From the NCBI GenBank assembly GCA_902727925.1, contig CACVAW010000044.1:15111-79110 (forward strand): DNA of 64,000 nucleotides, given 5' to 3'. Shown here one piece after another: positions 56,801 through 64,000 of the stretch (positions are counted from its first letter, which is position 1; each line of letters begins with the position of its first letter). Position numbers and translations under genes: made by a program. Below the pieces are notes generated by a model. It was not told the DNA's origin. It searched no databases and saw only the letters and a program-made list of their open reading frames with translations. The stretch comes from an uncultured Campylobacterales bacterium. GTDB lineage: Bacteria > Campylobacterota > Campylobacteria > Campylobacterales > CACVAW01.

Positions 56801-58213
56801 TTGACATTTATAAAAAGATTTTTTACAAATAGTTTTGGTATATTGTTTTCTCGTATATTTGGATTTCTTAGAGATTTAAGTATGGCTTCAGTACTTGGTG
56901 CAAGTATATATACTGATATGTTTTTTGTAGCTTTTAAATTTCCGAATCTATTTCGTAGGATATTTGCTGAAGGTGCTTTTACACAAGTATTTATGCCATC
57001 ATTTATCAAATCAAAATATAAAAGTATTTTTACCTTTTTAATACTAAGAAGGTTTTCTATAATTCTTATTATATTTACTTTAGTTGTTATTATGTTTAGT
57101 GAGCTTTTTACTAAGTTGATAGCTTTTGGTTTTGATAATTCTACTATAGCTTTGACCGCCTCATATTTACGTATTAATTTTTTGTATTTGATACTGATTT
57201 TTATAGTTACACTTTTTTCAAGTTTGTTGCAATACAAAAATCATTTTGCGACTACATCATTTTCTACATCTTTACTTAATATATCAATGATATCAGCTCT
57301 TCTTATATTTAGAGAGTATCCACCTTCAGATATCGTATTCTATCTTAGTATTTCTGTAGTTATTGGTGGTATTTTACAACTAATAGCACATTTAATAGCA
57401 CTAAAATATAAAAAGCTTTTAAAGCTCTTTACCATAGGCTTTAAAGCAAAAAAATATAAAGCGAAAGTTTCAAAAAACCTAAAAGAGTTTAACAAATCTT
57501 TTTTACCTGCAATATTAGGAAATTCTACAGCTCAGGTTTCTGCATTTCTTGATACTTGGCTTGCTTCATTTTTGAGTGCTGGGAGTATTAGTTATATGTT
57601 CTATTCAAATAGGATATTTCAACTACCTTTAGCCCTGTTCGCTATAGCTTTATCAGTGGCTATATTCCCCAAGATTGCAAAGCTAATAAACAAAAAACAA
57701 ATACCTGAAGCTCTTACCTTGCTTAGAAAATCATTTTGGTTTTTACTGTATCTTCTTACAATTGCTACTGTTGGAGGTATTATACTTTCAAATGAGATTG
57801 TGACTTTACTTTTTACTAGAGGAGCTTTTAGTTCTACTGACGCTCTAAATACATCCAATGTACTTATTATGTATATGATAGGTCTTATACCTTATGGTAT
57901 ATCAAAGATATTCCTTCTTTGGATATATGCACACCACAATCAAAAACAAGCTGCAAAAATAGCTATGTACTCACTTGTAAGTAATGTATTGTTATCAGTT
58001 GTTTTAGTTTTATATATGGATGTTATGGGTTTAGCACTTGCAAGTAGTATTGCTGGAATTGTGCTTATCTTTTATATTTTAATTCATTTTGGATTACGAA
58101 GATTTGCAAGTTTTTGGGATAGTAAAAAGTTTATTATTCTAGTTGTAATAATAAGTCTAGAAATTGGACTTTTACTTTTAGCTAAGCCTTATATTACAGA
58201 TTTACTGCAGTAG
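56801..58213 (+). CDS. murJ: lipid II flippase MurJ
   Basis: 470 aa with about 14 TM helices and the N-terminal SRIFGFLRD motif. TTG start. Confidence 0.9.
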   Translation: MTFIKRFFTNSFGILFSRIFGFLRDLSMASVLGASIYTDMFFVAFKFPNLFRRIFAEGAFTQVFMPSFIKSKYKSIFTFLILRRFSIILIIFTLVVIMFSELFTKLIAFGFDNSTIALTASYLRINFLYLILIFIVTLFSSLLQYKNHFATTSFSTSLLNISMISALLIFREYPPSDIVFYLSISVVIGGILQLIAHLIALKYKKLLKLFTIGFKAKKYKAKVSKNLKEFNKSFLPAILGNSTAQVSAFLDTWLASFLSAGSISYMFYSNRIFQLPLALFAIALSVAIFPKIAKLINKKQIPEALTLLRKSFWFLLYLLTIATVGGIILSNEIVTLLFTRGAFSSTDALNTSNVLIMYMIGLIPYGISKIFLLWIYAHHNQKQAAKIAMYSLVSNVLLSVVLVLYMDVMGLALASSIAGIVLIFYILIHFGLRRFASFWDSKKFIILVVIISLEIGLLLLAKPYITDLLQ

Positions 58214-59000
58214 AAATTATTTTTTGATTATCTTTTGTGTAGAGTTTGATTTTTTGTGCACTTTTTATAAGAGAGTCTTCTAAGTCAATAACAAGAAACT
58301 GAAATATATTGTTATTTGACTCTTTTACTACATCAAGTGCATTTGAAACACCTTCTTTGAATCTTTTTATTGGGTTTGCTTGATCCATACCAATGATACC
58401 ATCAAGTGAACCAGTCATTCCGATATCACTTACATAAGAGCATCTATTGTTGTAAATCTCAAGGTCATCAGTACCTATATGAGTATGTGTACCATATATA
58501 ATATTTACCTCATCTTTAAACATCTGATAGACTGCTCTTTTTTCGCTTGTAGCTTCGGCGTGTACGTCTATGATGATATTTTGAATTTTGTTATTTTTGA
58601 GTGAAGTTATCTCTTCTTCAAGACGAAGAAATGGATTAAAAGGAGTAGATGGAAGTCCAAAAACTCCCATTACATTTATGATGGCTGTATCATCTATAAT
58701 AGAAGTTGAATTACCAGCTACAGTATCAGGATAATTAATAGGTCGTAAAATATTTTCTGTATTCATCAAAGACATAATCTCCTTTTTATCAAAAGAGTGA
58801 TTACCTCCGGTAAATATATCAACACCATAACTTTTAAGCTCATGAAAATGTCTTGGAATGAGTCCAAATCCATGAGTGGCATTTTCGGTATTAGCAATAA
58901 CTAGATCAATTTGATACTCTTTTTTAATATTGGCAAGATTATCTCTTATGAGATTTCTTCCAATACTTCCTACAACATCACCAATTATTGCTATTTTGAT
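58194..59000 (-). CDS. YmdB-like (TIGR00282) metallophosphoesterase, apparently non-canonical start
   Basis: The track ORF (58194..58775) begins at an internal Met. The same frame stays open upstream and encodes the conserved N-terminus IKIAIIGDVVGSIGR...DLVIANTENATHGFG...FTGGNHSFDKKE. In-frame stops TAG-TAA lie at 59013-59018, and there is no ATG/GTG/TTG after them. The candidate start is ATC at 58998-59000, with AAAGGA 7 nt upstream. Confidence 0.7.
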   Translation of the reverse strand: MKIAIIGDVVGSIGRNLIRDNLANIKKEYQIDLVIANTENATHGFGLIPRHFHELKSYGVDIFTGGNHSFDKKEIMSLMNTENILRPINYPDTVAGNSTSIIDDTAIINVMGVFGLPSTPFNPFLRLEEEITSLKNNKIQNIIIDVHAEATSEKRAVYQMFKDEVNIIYGTHTHIGTDDLEIYNNRCSYVSDIGMTGSLDGIIGMDQANPIKRFKEGVSNALDVVKESNNNIFQFLVIDLEDSLIKSAQKIKLYTKDNQKIISTAVNL

Positions 59001-59015
59001 ACCTAGTTCCTTTTA

Positions 59016-60503
59016 CTAATCTCTTCTTCTTGAACCGCCACCTGATCTGTTTCTGTCTCCGCCAGATCTATTTCGGCCACCACCAGACCTATTCCTGTCT
59101 CCACCACCTCCAGATCTATTTCTATTGTTATATCCACCACCACCTGGTCTTCTTCTTCCTCCACCTCTTCTATCTTCTTTAGCTCTAAGTTTTAGCATTT
59201 CTACATCTTTTATGCTTTTACCTATTTTGTCTTTACCTGCAACTTGTTGTGAAGCTAGTGCCATTGAAGCAAGTTTATAACAAATATGTGACAAGTCTAA
59301 ATCTTGTTTTAACTGGTCTATTAGTGTATATACATCTTCATTTATAGGAGTTTTTTCTATCTCTTCTATGAATGCTGATGATCTTTTACTTTTTACATCA
59401 GGAATACTTGGTATTACTTTTACATTCATTTCTGAACCAACATCTTTTTGTATACGAAGAAGTTGTCTTAACTCTCTTGGGCTTACTATTGATACAGCTA
59501 CACCATCTCTACCAGCACGTCCTGTTCTACCAATTCTATGAACATAGCTATTTGAATCAAATGGTAATTCATAGTTAAATACGTGACTTATATCTTTTAC
59601 ATCAAGTCCACGAGCAGCAACATCAGTAGCTACAAGTATTTCTATTTTTGAGTCTCTGAATGCTCTAATTACACGTTCACGTTGCTTTTGATCCATATCA
59701 CCATGTAACCCACTAGAAGTAAAGCCTTGTGCATTAAGTGTATTTGCTACTCTATCCACATCTCTTCTCATTTTACAAAAGATTATCGCTTTTGTAGGTT
59801 CTTTAAAGTCAAGTAATCTTATTAGTGCTTCATCTTTTTCGTATTCTTCAACTACATAATAGTTTTGAGTGATGTTTTTGTTTGTAGTATCTTTTTGAGT
59901 GATAGTTACATACTTAGGCTCTTTAAGTATTTGTGTCGCTAGTGCTTTGATAGCTGGAGGCATAGTTGCACTGAACATTAAAGTCTGTTTTCTTTCTTTT
60001 ACAAAATTAAATATCTCTTTAATGTCATCTAAAAATCCCATATCAAGCATTTCATCAGCTTCATCAAGAACTACAACTTTTGGAGATATTTTTATTTGAT
60101 TGTTTTTAAGTAAATCTATAAGTCTACCTGGAGTAGCTATTACAATAGAAGCTTCTTTTACTTGTTTGATTTGTCTTGCGTATGGTGCTCCACCATATAC
60201 ACACGCTGTAGTAAGTCCTGAAGATTTACCAAACCTAAATAGCTCATCACTTACTTGAATAGCAAGCTCACGAGTAGGAACTATAACAAGTCCTTGAACT
60301 CCACTTCTTGGCTCCATATCATTTATCATAGGTAGACCAAATGCAGCAGTTTTTCCTGTACCTGTTTGTGCTTGTGCTACTAAGTCGTGTCCTTCTAATA
60401 CTAGAGGTATCGCATCTAATTGCACTGGACTAGCTGTTTCAAATCCCATTTTTGCTATTGCTTCTTGTATCTTATCATTTAACTGTAATTCTTTAAAACT
60501 CAA
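59016..60503 (-). CDS. DEAD-box ATP-dependent RNA helicase with Arg/Gly-rich C-terminal tail
   Basis: Motifs AQAQTGTGKTAAF, DEAD, SAT and HRIGRTGRAG. The C-terminus has repeated (D)RNRSGGG units. Confidence 0.9.
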   Translation of the reverse strand: MSFKELQLNDKIQEAIAKMGFETASPVQLDAIPLVLEGHDLVAQAQTGTGKTAAFGLPMINDMEPRSGVQGLVIVPTRELAIQVSDELFRFGKSSGLTTACVYGGAPYARQIKQVKEASIVIATPGRLIDLLKNNQIKISPKVVVLDEADEMLDMGFLDDIKEIFNFVKERKQTLMFSATMPPAIKALATQILKEPKYVTITQKDTTNKNITQNYYVVEEYEKDEALIRLLDFKEPTKAIIFCKMRRDVDRVANTLNAQGFTSSGLHGDMDQKQRERVIRAFRDSKIEILVATDVAARGLDVKDISHVFNYELPFDSNSYVHRIGRTGRAGRDGVAVSIVSPRELRQLLRIQKDVGSEMNVKVIPSIPDVKSKRSSAFIEEIEKTPINEDVYTLIDQLKQDLDLSHICYKLASMALASQQVAGKDKIGKSIKDVEMLKLRAKEDRRGGGRRRPGGGGYNNRNRSGGGGDRNRSGGGRNRSGGDRNRSGGGSRRRD

Positions 60504-60808
60504 TTTTTGCCTTTTTACTTTATACTACTCTTTATTAAAAATAGAAGTATTTTGTATTGTTTATTATGTATATTTTATTGAACAGGCACTTCTGAAAATT
60601 ATTTTAGATTTTTCATATTTAATAGTTTTGAGAAATGCCTTATCACATTCTTGAAACTTTAAATACATTTATTTGTGTGGAACGAATGTTTAGGAAAGCT
60701 TTAAGTTATACTATATGTGAAGCGGGATTATACCTGAAAATTATAAAAGCTCTTACTTGTATCCCCAGATAAACTTTTCTAATTCATTGTAATACATATT
60801 TTTATGCG

Positions 60809-61426
60809 ATGCAAGTTTCAACTGTAGCTATTGGAATGATAAGCTTTTTTACATTTCCGATTATAGTTTTGTTTTTAGAAACATTTTTGACAAAAACGAA
60901 AATAAACCTAGTACCTATACTCTATGGTCTTTTGATTTTATTGTCAGTATTTATTATATCTCCTAAAATTGATTTTAATGATAGTATTACACTGGGAGTA
61001 TTCTGGGGTTTACTATCAGCTTTTTTTGTTGCACTTCGTCATACTATTGTTAAAGTTTACTTAAGTGAATATAATAGTTTCAGTATTATTAAATGGCACA
61101 CTCTAATAGTATGTATATGTTATATTCCTTTTGTTTTATTTGATTTTGGGAATTTTATTCCCTCTTCAAGTTCAGACTGGTGGTACTTAATACTTTTGGC
61201 ACTTATTACTACTGTTTTAGGACATTCACTATTTGTAAGAGGTATGAAAAGTTTTAATGCTAGGGTTGCAAGTATTTTTAGTTCTGTACAAATTTTATAT
61301 GGTGGACTAATGGCTTATTTTATTTTATCCGAAACTCCAACAATAAATACTATTGTTGGAGGATTGATCATAATAAGTGTAGTTATCCATCAAGGGGTAT
61401 ATTTTAAAAAATCAAAAGATATTTGA
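60809..61426 (+). pseudogene. N-terminally truncated EamA/DMT transporter
   Basis: 205 aa covering roughly TM4-TM10 of a 10-TM EamA protein. An in-frame TAA lies about 13 codons upstream of the ATG, and no first EamA half is present. Confidence 0.45.
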
Positions 61427-61581
61427 TTAAGTTTTATTCTTTGTTTTTACTCAACTTTTTTTCTTTATTCATAGTTTTATCACTTTTCTTCAATAAAAAT
61501 TGATTTTTACGCTAGAGGATAGGTATTTTGATATATAATTTCATCGTTAATAAATATACTATAACAAATAGGATATAACAA

Positions 61582-62385
61582 ATGCAAAAAATATTTCTGG
61601 GAGTACTACTACTCATCACTAGCGTCTTCGCTGATAATAATCAAACACAAAACGGCGAAAAAAACACAACAGAAGAGAAAGTAGGTATCTTTGAAAACCT
61701 CGGTGCATACATACCTCTTGACACAGAGTTCATATCTCATACTGGTAAAAAAGTCACTATAAAAGAACTCTCAAATGGCAAACCTCTTGTTATGACATTC
61801 AACTATCACAGGTGTGCAAGTATTTGTTCTCCACAATTAGCAGGTGTAGCAGATGTTGTAAATAAGCTTGACCTTATTCCTGGAACTGACTACAATCTTG
61901 CCACTTTTAGTGTTGATCCGACTGATAGCTATCTGTTTGCGGCAAAAAAACAAATAGCATTTAGTAATATCATCCAAAATCATCCAAGTATTGAAACTTC
62001 TTGGAACTTTCTAGTTAATCCTGATGAAAAAACAATAAAAGACTTAGCCAAACTTGTAGGTTTTGGATATAAAAAAACTGAGAAAGACGGTGTAGTTGAT
62101 TATCTTCATCCTGCAATTCTTGTCATAATGTCACCAGAGGGTAAAATTACAAGATATTTAAACGGTCTTGATAACTATTTACCATTTGATTTAAAACTAG
62201 CTCTTATCGAATCAGGTGACGGTAAAACTGGACCTACAATTGCTAGAACAATAGCATATTGCTTTGCTTATGACGCAGCAAGTAAAAAATATGTATTACA
62301 AATGGAAAAAATATTTGCAATACTATTTTCTTTAATACTATTAGTATTTTTCATCTATTTAGTAAGATCAAGAAAAAAGAAGTAG
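61582..62385 (+). CDS. SCO1/SenC-family copper chaperone
   Basis: Signal peptide, thioredoxin-fold CxxxC (HRCASIC) with a downstream His (DYLHPA), and a C-terminal TM anchor. Immediately upstream of the oxidase subunit I gene. Confidence 0.75.
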   Translation: MQKIFLGVLLLITSVFADNNQTQNGEKNTTEEKVGIFENLGAYIPLDTEFISHTGKKVTIKELSNGKPLVMTFNYHRCASICSPQLAGVADVVNKLDLIPGTDYNLATFSVDPTDSYLFAAKKQIAFSNIIQNHPSIETSWNFLVNPDEKTIKDLAKLVGFGYKKTEKDGVVDYLHPAILVIMSPEGKITRYLNGLDNYLPFDLKLALIESGDGKTGPTIARTIAYCFAYDAASKKYVLQMEKIFAILFSLILLVFFIYLVRSRKKK

Positions 62386-62473
62386 AAGCTGGGAGCTTCT
62401 ACGCGTCTAAGTTCATTAAATAATGTAATATAGACTCAAAATTTATAATTATAAAAACTTTTAAAGGAAAACA

Positions 62474-64000
62474 ATGAGCAGTTTTTACGACCATACTCAT
62501 ACAGTATTCGGACATCATAAGTCTAAAATACTTAATTGGATATTTTCAATAGATCATAAAAGAGTAGCAATACTTTATTTATTTACTACCATGGCATTCT
62601 TCTTAGTTGGAGTTGCTGTAGCACTTCTTATGAGATTAGAGCTTTTTGCTCCAGGACAACAGTTCATTGACCCTGATACCTATAATCAAGCATTTACTTT
62701 GCATGGAACTATAATGACATTCTTGTTTATTATCCCTGCTCTGCCTGCTATATTTGGTAACTTTCTTCTTCCTCTTATGATAGGAGCAAAAGATGTATCA
62801 TTCCCGAGACTTAACCTCTTATCTTGGTGGTTATATATGGCTGGGGCAAGTTTGGCTGTATTCTCTTTATTTTGGGGTGAAGGATTTGCTGATACTGGAT
62901 GGACATTCTATGCACCATATAGCTCAACAACTGGTACAAATGTGGTTATGGCATTAACAGCTGCTTATATCTTGGGTCTATCTTCTATGCTTACAGGTAT
63001 TAACTTTGTTGTTACTATCCATAGACTAAGAGCTCCTGGTATGACATTCTTTAAAATGCCTTTATTCATCTGGGGTTCATACTCAGCTGCTTGGATACAA
63101 ATACTTGCAACTCCTGTTGTAGGTATCACTCTTATTCTTGTTGTACTAGAAAGAACTCTTGGAGTTGGTATATTTGATCCGAGTAAGGGAGGAGATCCTA
63201 TACTTTATGAACACCTATTCTGGATATATTCTCATCCTGCTGTATATCTTATGATACTTCCAGCATTTGGCGTAGTATCTGAGATAGTTCCTACATTTTG
63301 TAGAAGAACTATATTTGGGTACAAGTCTATAGCTATATCTTCACTACTTATAGCAATCGTTGGTTATATGGTATGGGGACACCATATGTTTACATCAGGT
63401 ATGGCTGATTGGGCAAAAATAGTATTCTCATTCCTTACATTCTTTGTAGCTGTCCCAACAGGGGTTAAATTCTTTGACTGGGTAGCAACAATGTACAAAG
63501 GCTCAATAGTATTCAAAACTCCAATGCTTTGGGTAATGGGTACTATTATCACTTTTGGTATTGGTGGTATTACAGGGCTTGTTCTTGGTACTGTTGGTAT
63601 CGATATACATGTTCACGATACATATTATGTTGTAGCACACTTTCACTATACTATGTTTGGTGGTGTTGCATTTATGCTTTTTGCAGCTATGCACTACTGG
63701 TTCCCAAAAGTTACAGGTAAGATGTATAACGAAGCAAAAGCAAAAGTTTCATTTTACCTTATATTCATAGGGTTTAATGTACTTTGGTTCCCTATGTTTA
63801 TCGCAGGATTTTTAGGTATGCCACGAAGATATTTTGATTATTTACCACAATTTGAAATATATCATCAAATAGCAGGTATTGGGGCATTAATAACTGTTGC
63901 TGGTATATTCTATATGATATATGTACTTATCAAAGGTGCGAGAAAAGGCGAAAAAGCTCCTGATAACCCATGGGGAGGAACTACACTAGAGTGGCAAATA
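62474..64000 (+). CDS. ctaD: heme-copper oxidase subunit I (CtaD/CoxA-like); 3' end runs off the window
   Basis: Not in the ORF track because there is no stop in the window. My translation from the ATG at 62474 (AAAGGA upstream) reads MSSFYDHTHTVFGHHKSKILNWIFSIDHKRVAILYL...TLHGTIMTFLFIIP...WIYSHPAVYLMILPAFG...WGHHMFTSG...VAHFHY...MPRRY. It is open for all 509 codons to base 64000. Confidence 0.9.
   Translation, partial: MSSFYDHTHTVFGHHKSKILNWIFSIDHKRVAILYLFTTMAFFLVGVAVALLMRLELFAPGQQFIDPDTYNQAFTLHGTIMTFLFIIPALPAIFGNFLLPLMIGAKDVSFPRLNLLSWWLYMAGASLAVFSLFWGEGFADTGWTFYAPYSSTTGTNVVMALTAAYILGLSSMLTGINFVVTIHRLRAPGMTFFKMPLFIWGSYSAAWIQILATPVVGITLILVVLERTLGVGIFDPSKGGDPILYEHLFWIYSHPAVYLMILPAFGVVSEIVPTFCRRTIFGYKSIAISSLLIAIVGYMVWGHHMFTSGMADWAKIVFSFLTFFVAVPTGVKFFDWVATMYKGSIVFKTPMLWVMGTIITFGIGGITGLVLGTVGIDIHVHDTYYVVAHFHYTMFGGVAFMLFAAMHYWFPKVTGKMYNEAKAKVSFYLIFIGFNVLWFPMFIAGFLGMPRRYFDYLPQFEIYHQIAGIGALITVAGIFYMIYVLIKGARKGEKAPDNPWGGTTLEWQI

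Noticed and set aside
59016-59180. Tandem-repeat DNA at the 3' end of the helicase gene as a possible CRISPR or non-coding satellite
   Set aside because: The repeats are in frame and encode the Arg/Gly-rich tail. There is no repeat-spacer periodicity. No CRISPR array was seen anywhere in the window.

Overview
AT-rich bacterial chromosome segment. The gene content points to Campylobacterota, probably Arcobacter-like, but this is inference: Helicobacter-type NifS/NifU, a single-domain globin with a Crp/Fnr regulator as in Campylobacter Cgb/NssR, a tig-clpP-def block, and very low GC.

Most of the window is housekeeping:
- Protein quality control and tRNA modification: truD, def, clpP, tig, mnmA.
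- Cofactor and precursor genes: folP, coaBC, glmU, ribE, coaD, tmk, ubiX, metK, leuA, hisH.
- Other core genes: uvrA, bamA, ybeY, dprA, murJ, and a DEAD-box helicase.

Three regions look accessory or unusual:
1. 18.2-21.0 kb is a decayed integrative, integron-like island. It lies between a truncated spoT-like HD-domain gene and tmk. It carries a BrnT/BrnA toxin-antitoxin pair, a 123-bp near-perfect hairpin element, a 51-bp repeat, a GC-rich signal-less trypsin-like serine protease, and an integrase N-terminal stub on the opposite strand.
2. 50.6-54.8 kb is an island next to tRNA-Ala(GGC). It holds a type IIG restriction-modification enzyme translationally coupled to a RhuM-family gene. Its tRNA-proximal end carries the second, inverted copy of the 51-bp repeat.
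3. 37.1-46.8 kb is an 11-gene translationally coupled operon. It combines an FAD-dependent amine-oxidase-like oxidoreductase, a DUF1365 protein and a CFA-synthase-like methyltransferase with a DUF3833 lipoprotein, SDR, MFS transporter, lipocalin, glutathione peroxidase, a CrtI-like oxidoreductase and a LytS/LytTR two-component system. I read it as a putative furan or methylated fatty-acid oxidative-stress lipid module.

Other oddities:
- A ferredoxin-thioredoxin-reductase-like/rhodanese fusion next to an orphan LeuC-like gene.
- A YmdB-like gene with no canonical start codon.
- A structured 228-bp nifS-nifU spacer.
- An SCO-CtaD heme-copper oxidase locus that runs off the window.

I saw no rRNA genes and no CRISPR array. 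All calls come from reading the sequence and the ORF translations; no database search was run.
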